Shown here one piece after another: positions 7,693-18,203 of a stretch of DNA of 64,000 nucleotides. The position numbers were made by a program, and so were the translations under genes. The notes below the pieces were generated by a model. It made no database searches, had not been told where the DNA came from, and worked only from the letters and a program-made list of their open reading frames with translations. Position 1 is the first letter of the stretch. Each line of letters begins with the position of its first letter. This stretch comes from an uncultured Acidobacteriota bacterium (GTDB lineage: Bacteria; Acidobacteriota; Terriglobia; Acidiferrales; UBA7541). The stretch lies in NCBI GenBank assembly GCA_963803515.1, contig CAWDMQ010000002.1, positions 78,163-142,162 of the forward strand, in the 5' to 3' direction.

Positions 7693-8832
7693 ATGGCGCA
7701 AATGACACCGCAAATGAAAGCGAAAATGGCGGGCGACGAAAAATGGCGAGTGGGAATTCTGGGCGCAACCGGTGCCGTGGGCCAGCAGATGATTCAATTG
7801 CTGGCGGAGCATCCCTGGTTCACGATTGCGGAACTGGGCGCGTCGGAGCGTTCGGCGGGCAAGCCCTACCGCACGGCGGTGCATTGGAACCTGAACGGCT
7901 CGTTTCCGAGCAGCGTGGGTAACCTGGTGGTCAAGGCTGCCGCGCCGCCACTCGATTGCGATTTCGTGCTGTCCGCACTGGATTCGGGCGTGGCTGGGCC
8001 CATTGAAGAGGAATTCGCGCGCGCGGGCTATCCGGTCATCAGCAACAGCAAGAACCATCGCATGGCGGAAGACGTGCCGCTGGTAATACCGGAAATAAAC
8101 GCGGATCATCTCGATCTGATCGCGACGCAGCGGTCGCGGCGCGGATTTACCAGCGGCTATCTGGTGACGAATCCGAATTGCTCGACGGTAGGGCTGGCGA
8201 TGGCACTCGCTCCGCTCGATCGGGCTTTCGGGATCGCGGAAGTGTTCGTGGTTACGATGCAGGCGATATCGGGGGCGGGGTACCCCGGCGTGGCGTCACT
8301 CGACATACTGGACAACGTCATCCCGCACATCGGCGGAGAGGAAGAAAAAGTCCAGACGGAGCCGCGCAAAATTCTCGGCCGCCTGGCTGACGGAGCGGTG
8401 ACATTTTCGGAGATGAAGGTGAGCGCACACTGCAACCGCGTGCACGTTCTGGATGGCCACACGCAATCGGTGAGCGTTCGTCTGCGCAGGAAAGCCTCGA
8501 TTGCGGAAGTGCGCAACGCTCTTTCCTCGTTTACGGGCGAGCCGCAGAAGCTGCGTCTGCCATCGGCTCCCGAACACCCGATCGTGGTTACTGAAGATCC
8601 GGACCGGCCGCAGCCACGTCGGGATCGGGATGCGGGGCGGGGCATGTCGGTGGTGGTCGGACGCATCCGGCCCGATGAAATCATGGACTTCAAGTTCACG
8701 TTGTTGGTGCACAACACGATTCGAGGCGCCGCCGGGGCGGCCATCCTGAATGCGGAACTGCTGGCGCAACGCAGCGAGTTGCCGCACCGGGACCGCGTAG
8801 AACAGGGCGTTACGGCGGGACATTCTGCGTAG
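7693..8832 (+). CDS. asd: aspartate-semialdehyde dehydrogenase
   Basis: VGILGATGAVGQ Rossmann start, the active-site region NPNCSTV, and QAISGAGY. Start chosen at ATG 7693 (AAGGA 5 nt upstream); in-frame ATGs through 7726 are also possible, and the ORF opens at 7585. Confidence 0.85.
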   Translation: MAQMTPQMKAKMAGDEKWRVGILGATGAVGQQMIQLLAEHPWFTIAELGASERSAGKPYRTAVHWNLNGSFPSSVGNLVVKAAAPPLDCDFVLSALDSGVAGPIEEEFARAGYPVISNSKNHRMAEDVPLVIPEINADHLDLIATQRSRRGFTSGYLVTNPNCSTVGLAMALAPLDRAFGIAEVFVVTMQAISGAGYPGVASLDILDNVIPHIGGEEEKVQTEPRKILGRLADGAVTFSEMKVSAHCNRVHVLDGHTQSVSVRLRRKASIAEVRNALSSFTGEPQKLRLPSAPEHPIVVTEDPDRPQPRRDRDAGRGMSVVVGRIRPDEIMDFKFTLLVHNTIRGAAGAAILNAELLAQRSELPHRDRVEQGVTAGHSA

Positions 8833-9138
8833 CGCGGTAGGTAGGGACGCGCCATCGACGTGTCCAGCGGCGCGCGTCGCAGTGCGGCTGGCTGCGTGAA
8901 TTCCAGTTTGCGGCGGCTTGCGTTCATTGGCCCGCATGTAGCCAATTGGTAAACTGCTCGAGATTCTCAGAAGACCGCCCGATATTCCTCACGATGTTGA
9001 CGCGAAATCCGCGTTGGCTTGCTCTGTACGTGTGAAAACGCCGCATTCATGGTGCCCGCGCGCGGCCCGGCGTGGTGCCAGCGCGCTGCCGAGCGAAGGA
9101 AATTCCGGCGAGGCACCGGCGCAGTGCAAAAGTTTCTC

Positions 9139-9166
9139 TTGACATCCCTACTGCCGCAGTGATATT
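9139..9166 (+). promoter_or_regulatory. candidate sigma70-type promoter of the TonB-receptor (pseudo)gene
   Basis: TTGACA (9139-9144), 16-nt spacer, GATATT (9161-9166). Confidence 0.3.
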
Positions 9167-9302
9167 CGCCATCCCAATAAAACAGGTTCGTGTCCGAGTT
9201 TAAATTTAAGTCGCTGAGGAATTTTTCGGTTTACGGCCCCGGAGTTTGGTTTTCAGCGTCACGAGAGAGGTGCGGTAGAGGACGGGATCGCTGGTAACAC
9301 TT

Positions 9303-12300
9303 GTGTCAAAAAGGGGGTGTATTCCTATGGGCTCTTGGTACGCACGGGTGTGGAAGAATTCGCTTCAGCTAACAGGTCTGGGCTTGGCGTTACTGCTTGC
9401 TTGCCTGCCGTCGTTCTCACAGGGTAATGGTGGCCGCATTACGGGCGCGGTTACCGATCAGACCGGAGGCGCCATTGCCGGCGCTACGATCACGATAACA
9501 GACGTGCAACGAGGTGTGTCCCGCTCGCTGGTTACCGACGACTCAGGCGCATACAACGCTCCCAACTTGACCCCGGGCAATTACAAAGTTCGTGCCGAAT
9601 TCAAGGGGTTCAAGGCGGTCGAGCGCGACAACGTTTTATTGGAGACGGGCGGCGAAGATCGCGTGGACCTCACGCTGCAGCCCGGCGAACAGACGCAGAC
9701 GATCACGGTGACGGAAGCGCTGCCGCTGGTGGAAACTACCAACGCGGAACTTGGCGGCACACTGCAGAGCGATATCGTCAACAATTTGCCGTTGAACGGC
9801 CGCAACTTCTCGAATCTGCTGCAATTGCGTCCCGGCGTGACCATTTATCCGGGCGGCTCCGGGTGGACGCAAAGCACCAACGGCATGCGGGCGCATGACA
9901 ATGTGTACATGGTGGATGGAATCAATGGCGACGATCCCTGGATGGCGCAAGCGGTGTGGGATTCGGTCATGGCTTCGGGTGATTCCGGCACGCTGATCTC
10001 CGTAGATGCGATTGACGAATTCAAGACCGAGGAAAATCCGCGCGCGGAGTATGGCTGGAAGCCAGGAGCGGTCGTCAACGTCGGGATTAAATCTGGGACG
10101 AATGCCCTGCATGGAAGCGCTTACGCCTATGGCCGCGATGGCAGTTGGGACGCGCTCAACTATTTCCACGTGCCTGGAACTCCGGTTCCTCCTGTCGAAC
10201 TCGAGCAGTTTGGCGGCACGCTGGGCGGCCCCATCGTCAAAGACAAACTGTTCTATTTTTTGACCTATGAAGACCAGCGATATGCGGTAGGAAGCGTGCA
10301 AAGCGATTACCGATCCGGTCACGGCTAGCAGGACATTGGCTCGGCGTCAAAAATAACCTTATCGCCGCGTGCCAGGCAGCCTTGGCCATCGGGCCAATCG
10401 GATCAACAACGCCGGGATCACTGACTGCGCTGAGCGCACAGCTGGCCGGCCTCAGCCCGACGTGCACGCCGCTATCAAATTATCCAGGCTTGTTTCCGGT
10501 CAATGCCGGAACGAATTCGCGATCATCACCACGATTCCGAACGGCTTGAATAACACCAACCGGATTGATTCCGGCCTCGGGAAAGTGAACTACCACCTCA
10601 GCGACAAGAACTCGATCACTGGGCTGTATTACATCAGTCCGGGCATCGGAATTCTGAATGATTCTCCGACCCAGTCGAATCCACGTTGGGAGACGAACCA
10701 ATACGCGCGTTCAATGGCTTTTGCCGGAAACTGGACATACACTCCGAGTTCCCAGGTGGTGAATGAAGTCCGGGTGGGCTACTCCCACTATTACCAGGTG
10801 TTCGAGCCTCAGGATGCTGGGTTGAACCCAGCAAACTACAGCTTTAACGGCTCCACGTATAACTATCAACACAGGCCAGACGAACCCGTTGTACTACGGG
10901 TTTCCGGGGCTCAGCATCAGCGGGTTGACCGGCGCATTGGGCGCCAGTTGGCCCAAGATCGTTGGTCCGGACGGCGTGTTGCAGGTTACCGATCACATCT
11001 CGTATTTGCGCGGCAAGCACGCCTTCAAGTTCGGCGGCGAAGTGCTGGAAAATCAGAGCACCTCGAACGTGACTGCGAATGCCAAAGGTCCGATTCGATT
11101 CGATAGCTTGCAGGATTTCTTCAATGGCTTCCCCGATGGGTTTCCAGGCGGCCCTACCGGTACGAGCACGAAAGGAACAGCTACCATTCTCACGGGCGAA
11201 CCTGTTGCGCCACTTCACTTATGCCGGATACGCGCTTTTCGTGCAGGACGACTGGCGGATCAAACCGAGGCTGACTTTAAACCTCGGATTGCGATATGAG
11301 ATCAACACAGTTCCGAAGGAGCGAAACAATCTCCAAGGCAACTTCGATCCGAACGCGCCCACGGGAGTGGAGCAGGTTGGATTCGGCTGTACTTCAGTTT
11401 ACAACGGCGATCACAACAATTTCGGTCCGCGCCTGGGTCTTGCGTGGGACGTGTTTGGAACCGGCAGGACAGTGCTTCGCGCAGGCGCCGGCATTCTCTA
11501 CGAGCAGCTGAGTCTTGATGTTTTCAACGGCATCGGCAACTCGTTCGGTCTGCGAACCGCGCCGACCGGAGCAACGCTCGTTTATACGAACAGTACAGGG
11601 CAGACTGTCGTTCAGCCGGGTAACGGAACGATCGGCGTGATAAACACTGCGTTCGCGTAACACTCCGATTATCAGGGGCTACACGGGCACTCCTACGGCT
11701 CCATCACGGCTGCAAACCCTGGTTCGATTCCGTACCAGTGGGCTAACAATTCGCCCACAAACCCGATCTTTCAGTTTCAAGCGTATTGCGGGGATGGCCA
11801 TACGGCGGTCCCCTCCGGGCTGCTCAAGGGATTTGTTCCCCAGGCAGTGCAATGTGATGGGAGTGGACCCGAATCTGCGCTCCCCGTACGTAGCGGATTT
11901 CAGCCTCGATCTTCAGCAGGCGATCACGCACAACGTATCGCTGGATATCGGTTACGTCGGTAACCACGGGACGAAGTTGATCAGCGCTCTGGACATCAAC
12001 CAGCCGAGCTGTCAGGCGGCGTTAACTCCTGCAGCGATTGCGGCTAGGCGCCGTTCCTTGCGCTCCTGGAGTCGTTGGCCCCGGGTGGACATCGGCGGCT
12101 GTAGCGGCTTGCATCGCTAGCCCTGCCACCGGTTGCACTCCTAACACGAAGAATGAGACGGTTTCCAGGCCCTTTTATCCACAGTTCCCCTATTGGAGGT
12201 ACATCGATGAGTACGGAAACAATGATACCTCCAACTACAACAGCCTGCAGGCTGTTCTGACGATGCGGAATTACCATGGACTGACTCTGACCGGCGGCTA

Positions 12301-13175
12301 CACATTCTCCAAAGCTTTAGCCGACGCTTCGGACCAGGGGACAGGCGGTGGCAATTACATCCCCATCAACAGCTACGGCAGTCTGCGCAGCCAGCTGTAC
12401 ACCGCTACGAATTTCGACATCCGAAACCGCGGCACGATTTCGGCAACCTACAATATTCCCGGCAGGAATGGTTTTGGCCAGATCCTGCAAGGCTGGTCTC
12501 TCAATGCCGTGGCGATCATCCAGTCTGGCTTGCCGTGGGGCGTCAGCGATGCCAGCACGGACTTCGCCGGCAACAGTGAATTTGCCTTGGCAACTCGGCG
12601 GTGAACGAAGGCGGACAATGGGATTTCTTCGGCAATCCCGCCGCTTGGGAAGCCATTCACAATTACAACAACGTCACTCCACGTCCCGGCGGGGTGCCCG
12701 GAATTCCTTGGTACGCGGGCACCAGCAATCCGACTTGCTTAGCCAAGTCCACGGCGATGGGTCCATTGGCAGTGGCTTCGCTCGACAAACCTGGGCTGTT
12801 ATGCATTGAATGGCTGCGTACATGGTTCCACCGCCGTATGGCCAATACGGCACGATGAACCGCAACATTTTCCGCGATCAGGGTTTCCGAAACTTGGACT
12901 TGTCGCTGACCAAACAGTTCAAATTCAAGGAGCGACTCACCGCGCAATTCCGCGCGGAAGTGTTCAACATTCTCAACCATCCCGAATTCGTCAATCCTGC
13001 CGGTGGGCCCGGCGGTGGTGGTGCGACTCTCGATCCAACGGTCGCAGGCGCCACAAATAACTCCGGACAAGGTTTGGCTTACGTCACCAATACGCCTGAC
13101 CAGGCGAGTTCCAATCCCGTGCTGGGTTCGGGCGGCTCGCGCGCGATTCAGTTGGGGTTGAAGCTAATCTTCTAG
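9303..13175 (+). pseudogene. TonB-dependent receptor with an N-terminal carboxypeptidase-regulatory-like domain, disrupted by many frameshifts and a nonsense codon
   Basis: Signal peptide, then RITGAVTDQTGGAIAGATITI..GNYKVRAEFKGFK, a plug region (NLLQLRPGV), barrel segments and a typical C-terminus AIQLGLKLIF. Recognisable receptor sequence jumps between ORFs 9303-10328, 10369-11106, 10889-11299, 11079-11660, 11794-12120, 12038-12604, 12601-12858 and 12810-13175, which lie in three frames. In-frame TAA at 11658-11660, with protein-like sequence continuing after it. Confidence 0.85.
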
Positions 13176-13250
13176 TGAGCAGTTGATAGTTCGTAGCCGG
13201 GTGGACGGCGCGAGGGTAGCTGCTGCGAAGATGGTTCAGGTAATCACGAA

Positions 13251-13283
13251 GGGCCGGACGCGAGTCCGGCCTTTCGTTTTTTT
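13251..13283 (+). terminator. intrinsic terminator after the receptor pseudogene
   Basis: GGCCGGAC-GCGA-GTCCGGCC followed by TTTCGTTTTTTTT. Confidence 0.75.
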
Positions 13284-13395
13284 TCGCGTGTTCCACACAC
13301 GAGCGCTTTTGAAGGAGATGATTGCGTAAACGTGTTCTGTGATTTCAGGGCGTGCTGGGCTGCTACGTGCGAAGTGGGGGCGCCCTGCGCGGCGT

Positions 13396-14723
13396 TCAGG
13401 CCGACTGTAGCAGGACGCCTTCGAGCGCCGCGCGCAACTTCTCCCGATCGGCCTTAACGTGCAATTTCTGGCGATTCAGGTCTTCTTCGCTGCGGTGGCG
13501 CAGAAAAATTTCGGGGTCCTTGAGTTGATGGCCGGTAAGAATCGCCACAACGTCCGCGCCTGCTTCGATCACGCGGGCTTGCGCGAGTTTGCGAATGCCG
13601 GCAATGGATGCGGCGGACGCGGGCTCGCAGCCGACGCCATCACGCGCGAGCGCTGCTTTGGCGGCGAAAATTTGCTCGTCCGTCACCGATTCGCATAGCC
13701 CGTGCGTCAGGCGAATCGCGCGCAACGCCTTTTTCCAGTTGACCGGATCGCCAATGCGAATGGCTGAAGCTTCGGTGTTGGGCTGGGTGACGGGCACGAC
13801 ATCGGAAGCGCCGCTCGCCAGCATCTTGTAAAAAGGATTTGCGCCCTGCGCCTGTACGACGATCATGCGCGGCAGCTTGTTGATCAATCCCACTTCCTGC
13901 AGCTCGGCCAGGCCTTTGCCAATCGCGGACACGTTTCCCAGGTTGCCGCCCGGCACGGCAATGTAGTCGGGCACGCGCCAGTCGCGCTGCTCCAAAATTT
14001 CCATCAGGATGGTCTTCTGTCCCTCGAGGCGAAACGGGTTCAGCGAGTTGACGAGATACAGGCCCATTTCCTGCGTCAGCGAGCGCAGCATCAGGAAGGC
14101 CTGGTCGAAGTTGTCTCCAATCTCGATGACCACCGCGCCAAACTCGAGCGCCTGGGCCATCTTCGCGGCGGAAATTTTGCCATAAGGGCACAAAAACAAC
14201 AGCCTTCATTCCTGCGCGCGCGGCATATGCGGCCATTGATGCCGACGTGTTCCCCGTCGAAGCGCACGCGGTCACGCGGCTGCCCACGGCGGCGGCTTGC
14301 GTAATGCAGGCGGTCATACCCAAGTCCTTGAACGAACCCGTGGGATTGTTGCCTTGATGCTTGACCGCCAGCCGCACGCCTCCCACCCACTCGCCCGTGC
14401 GGGATACGTCTACCAGGGGGGTGCGCCCTTCCGACAACGTTACGATTTCGCGGCCTGCGGGAACGAACGGCAGCAATTCACGAAAGCGCCAGACGCCGCT
14501 CTGGTCGATGACGGAGGTGCTGGCTTTGCGCTGCTCCCACGTCTGTCGCAGCTCGCGCGGCTCGAGCGATGCGATACGCGCCGCATCGTGGGAGTGCTAG
14601 GGCGCGAAAATCATAATGCACGTCCAGCAAATTGCCACACCGCTCGCACTTGTGCTCTTTGTAATCGAGCGGGAATTGTTCGCGGCAACTTTCTTCAATG
14701 CACCGCAGGTAAGCAGTCGACAT
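13396..14723 (-). pseudogene. thrC: threonine synthase interrupted by two frameshifts
   Basis: N-terminal Zn-ribbon part MSTAYLRCIEESCREQFPLDYKEHKCERCGNLLDVHYDF (14478-14723). It continues in another frame as HSHDAARIASLEPRELRQTWEQRKASTSVIDQSGVWRFRELLPFVPAGREIVTLSEGRTPL...NPTGSFKDLGMT...AGMKAVVFVP (within ORF 13640-14476), then in a third frame as YGKISAAKMAQALEFGAVV... (13396-14199). The frame changes are near 14600 and near 14200, the latter in a T5/C3 run. Confidence 0.8.
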
Positions 14724-15331
14724 CCGGTGTCCTCATCAATTGTTTCGATGGCGATTAAGATGTTTCAAGGAATCGAGGGCGTCTGTTGACGCCTGCGTCG
14801 ACCCAGCGCCAGCTTCGGTTTAGTATCTCCCAGGCCAGTTTGCGTAACCCGATTGTGCCACTCACCCGATTTCAACCGCCGATTCCAACCGCGTCACTCA
14901 CCGAGACTCCAATCGCGCCGGTTAACGTGACTGCGATCGCGCTCGTCATCGCAAAACTCGAATCGAGCGCGCGGAGTCGAACGGCACGCGAGAAAAGCAG
15001 AATTTGTATTGTAGCCGTTCTCGGGATTCGTGGGGATGCTGTTTCCGCAGATGCTCGGGTATGGGCACTTCACCCACCCGGGGGAATTATTGCGCTGCAC
15101 TTTACGATGATTATTTACCAGCGCAGTATCGGAGGCCTTGAACGCGCGTGTGCAACACTCTGCGCGGTGAAATGTTGCTGTGCTGCACGTATTTTTTCTG
15201 TGGGAAATGTCTTAAATATTTCAGCGCCAGCAGAAGAAATCGCGCGACATTCCGCGAATGCGCGTGTTTCACAGCCATAGGTCACCGGGAAACAGTGGCC
15301 GGATTCGAAACCGCATTCGAGGAGACAGGTC

Positions 15332-15931
15332 ATGAAATTTAATCGGGCAATTACAGTGGTGGCGCTGGCGGTGGGCTTGGGTTTCACGTTAACGGCGGGC
15401 GCGCAATCCACGACCACCACCGATCCCACGGTCGGGCAGCGCAAGGAAAATCAGCAGGATCGTATCGCGAACGGCGTTCAGAACGGGTCACTCACGCCAG
15501 GGGAGACGTCCAATCTTGAAGGGAAGGAAGCGAAGATCAATAACGAGACGCGGCAGATGCGCAGCGCGGACGATGGTCATTTGACCAGCGCGGACAAGAC
15601 CAAGCTCAACAACCAGCAGAACAGGCTGTCGAACAATATCTACCAGGACAAGCACAATGCCGCATCCGATCAGTTCGGCTCCGGCACGGTGGGGCAGCGC
15701 AAGGAAAACCAACAGGATCGCATCGCGCAGGGTGTGCGCAGCGGCCAGTTGTCCGCCGGCGAGACGCATAACCTGGAAGCCAAACAGCAGGCTCTCAACG
15801 GCGAAACGAACAACATGCGCAAGTTGAACAATGGGAAGTTGAGCGCGGGCGATAAGAAGGTGGTGAACGCGCAGCAGAATAAGCTGTCCAGGAACATCTA
15901 TCGCGATAAGCACAACGGGCGGCGTCAGTAA
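15332..15931 (+). CDS. secreted protein built from two tandem repeats of about 85 aa
   Basis: Signal peptide MKFNRAITVVALAVGLGFTLTAGAQS. The unit GQRKENQQDRIA.GV..G.L..GE..NLE.K......ET..MR....G.L...DK...N.QQN.LS.NIY.DKHN occurs twice (nt about 15430-15660 and 15688-15918). Confidence 0.75.
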   Translation: MKFNRAITVVALAVGLGFTLTAGAQSTTTTDPTVGQRKENQQDRIANGVQNGSLTPGETSNLEGKEAKINNETRQMRSADDGHLTSADKTKLNNQQNRLSNNIYQDKHNAASDQFGSGTVGQRKENQQDRIAQGVRSGQLSAGETHNLEAKQQALNGETNNMRKLNNGKLSAGDKKVVNAQQNKLSRNIYRDKHNGRRQ

Positions 15932-16160
15932 CGCCCGTTATGTCGCGGTATGGCCGTCGAGGATGTTTGTGAAATGCGCTGTACAAACGCTGTACGAAGA
16001 AGATTTACGAAAATGGCTGTAACACGCTTGGGTTACACAGATTATCGGCGAGGGACAATCACAAAGGGGAATCACACGGAGTATTCAAAATCACCTCATC
16101 CCAATAACGCATCGAGTACGGGGTGCCTCTTCTCGGGGCACCCTCTTTTTGCTTGCGTGT

Positions 16161-17030
16161 TTAACTGCCTTTCGTTTCGCTGGCGGATGGTTGTGCGGCA
16201 ACGTAACAGCCCAGAATGCGCAGTTCACGGGTTTGCCTGCGTAATTCGCTGAGCACCTCCTGCGTCTCCCGTGATTCGGGCGAGGCCAGCAAATCCAGGT
16301 AGAAACAATATTCCCACGGGTGCCCCACCAGCGGGCGGCTCTCGATTTTTACCAGGTTCAGCTTTTGCCGGGCGATGGGCTCAAGCGCCTGGTAGAGAGC
16401 GCCAGGCTGGTGCGATAACAGCACGACGAGCGAAATTTTGTTCGCGTCTTTTATGGTCGATGGGGATTTGGAGAGCAGCAGGAAGCGCGTGTAATTTTCC
16501 GGATGATCTTCCAGGTGCGATTGCACGATGTCGCCCCCGTAAATTTCCGCGGCGCGGCGGCTGGCAATGGCGGCGCGCGACCGATCGCCTGCACGGACTA
16601 CTTCGCGGACGCTGCCGCCGGTGTCCTCGGCCACGATGCGCTGGATGTTTGGATGCTCCTCAAAAAATCGCGTGCATTGGGCGAGCGCCACAGGATGCGA
16701 TTGCACGGCGAGCACTTGCTCGATTTTCGCTCCCGGCGGGCCAATCAAGTTGTGCCTGATGGGCAGGATCACCTCGGCGTGAATGGCCAGCCGGCTTTCG
16801 AGCATCAGGTCGTAGCAGCGATAGACCGAGCCGGCAAGGCTGTTTTCGACGGGCGCGAGAACCAAGTCCGCGCCGCCGTCCACAATGGCCGCGAACATGG
16901 CCTCGAAGGTGGGTCTGGGTATCAGCTCGATTTGCGGACCGAGCAGCTTGATGGCGGCTTCTTCGCTGAACGCGCCGCGCTCACCTTGAAAGGCGACTCG
17001 CGGTTTTGTTTCGGCGTCAGTCATCCACAT
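16161..17030 (-). CDS. pheA: prephenate dehydratase with a C-terminal ACT domain
   Basis: VAFQGERGAFSEEAA start, the TRF motif region (ENYTRFLLL), and an ACT tail with ESRP (KIESRPLVGHPWEYCFYLD). Confidence 0.9.
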   Translation of the reverse strand: MWMTDAETKPRVAFQGERGAFSEEAAIKLLGPQIELIPRPTFEAMFAAIVDGGADLVLAPVENSLAGSVYRCYDLMLESRLAIHAEVILPIRHNLIGPPGAKIEQVLAVQSHPVALAQCTRFFEEHPNIQRIVAEDTGGSVREVVRAGDRSRAAIASRRAAEIYGGDIVQSHLEDHPENYTRFLLLSKSPSTIKDANKISLVVLLSHQPGALYQALEPIARQKLNLVKIESRPLVGHPWEYCFYLDLLASPESRETQEVLSELRRQTRELRILGCYVAAQPSASETKGS

Positions 17031-17094
17031 GCTCGATCCGTTTGGTCGCCTATGAACAAATGTGAAACATTTCGGTGCGCGAACATTTTTTTAT

Positions 17095-17159
17095 TTCGTT
17101 TTTACTTCGTTCAACTTTGTTGAGCTAGTTCGTTGAACTGGTTCGTGGGACTGCTTCGT
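17095..17159. repeat. array of five TTCGT pentamers between the ICMT-like gene and pheA
   Basis: TTCGT at 17095, 17106, 17129, 17142 and 17155 (plus strand), with spacings of 11, 23, 13 and 13 nt. TTCGTTCAAC / TTCGTTGAAC is a longer direct repeat. Confidence 0.4.
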
Positions 17160-17173
17160 GGAACCGGGCGCCC

Positions 17174-17776
17174 TCAGGCCCTTTCATTGCTGCGATGCGT
17201 CCGCAGCCGAAATGGCAACAGTGCGGGAACGCGCCGCGCGTAGTCCGCGTAGGCGGATCCAAAGCGCGTGCGGAGTTCGCGCTCTTCCAATGCGATGGAC
17301 GCGAGCGCCGTCATGCACCATAGCACGCTCGCGATCCACAGCGGCCGCGTTCCGGCCAACAGGCACACGCCGAACACGCACGCGATCATTCCCAGGTAAC
17401 GTGGATGGCGGACGCGCGTGTAGAGTCCCGCCGTCGTAAGTTGCCCGCTGTGCGTCAGTTCGGCATGGCCTACCAGGCGGCGCGCTCCAAGTTCCATTTC
17501 AGCGATGGTGAATGTAAACACATCAAACGCAATCAGCGCCACACCAGCGGCTACCAGCCAGGGAGACGCGGAACTTTGCCGCCAATCAAAAAGGCTGCGG
17601 CGAAAGTGATAGAGCAGCCAGTCTCCGCCGCCCCAGGCGACAATTATGGCGATCCAGTAGCCGGCGCGTACGTGCCTCCGCCAGAATGCGATGGGCCCGT
17701 GCAGCACCAGCCAATAGACGGGCACGGGCATTTCGAAACCGATGATGATGGCCGCGAGCCAATGCAGTTCCTTCAT
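17174..17776 (-). CDS. isoprenylcysteine carboxyl methyltransferase (ICMT)/phospholipid methyltransferase family membrane protein
   Basis: Multi-TM protein with the family motif GLYTRVRHPRYLGMI. Start taken at MKELHWLAAIIIG (ATG 17776); the ORF opens at 17899. Confidence 0.75.
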   Translation of the reverse strand: MKELHWLAAIIIGFEMPVPVYWLVLHGPIAFWRRHVRAGYWIAIIVAWGGGDWLLYHFRRSLFDWRQSSASPWLVAAGVALIAFDVFTFTIAEMELGARRLVGHAELTHSGQLTTAGLYTRVRHPRYLGMIACVFGVCLLAGTRPLWIASVLWCMTALASIALEERELRTRFGSAYADYARRVPALLPFRLRTHRSNERA

Positions 17777-18203
17777 GCGTTTGTTGCGCTTTCCTGTGAA
17801 TGAAAGTGGTGCAGCATAGGTTCTGTACGCGCGCCGCTCTGCCGCGTGCCGGCCCGTTACCCTGGCGGCAGATGCCATTGACGACGCGTCCCATTTCAAG
17901 CGACGATCAAGTTACGATCAGGTTACGATCTGGCACCGGCCTGGTACAAGTTTGGCGGCGGCTGCGACGATCTCGCTCGAGCTTCGCCCCAACCCGGCGC
18001 AAGCCTGGCGCAAAATCCGCGCGACATTTCGGCCAGGATTGTCCAATGGGGCAGGTTATCACAGACGGCTTAACGCAAGCATGCAACGAGTTCGGCGGCG
18101 AGGCAGCGAGCTTGCAAGCGAGTTTGCAAAAAGGCTCGCACGGCGGGTGGAATTTGCAAATAATCGGGGGCCTGTTGCTTCGCAAACGCTACAGGGAGCC
18201 AGC

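Noticed and set aside
11715-11745. tRNA-like T-loop sequence GGTTCGATTCC.
   Set aside because: It lies inside receptor-coding sequence (NPGSIPYQW). The flanks cannot form a T-stem or an acceptor stem, so there is no tRNA cloverleaf.
9303-14723. Programmed ribosomal frameshifting, or recoding, as an explanation for the broken TonB receptor and thrC.
   Set aside because: There are too many shifts, in both directions, with no slippery heptamer or pseudoknot context, plus an in-frame TAA. Decay or sequence error is far more parsimonious. I cannot exclude sequence error without reads.
14786-15280. 164-aa plus-strand ORF in the thrC / repeat-protein intergenic region.
   Set aside because: It has no motifs and a Ser/Ala/Arg/Ile-rich composition unlike a folded protein, with no ribosome-binding site or good start context. 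It is treated as non-coding.
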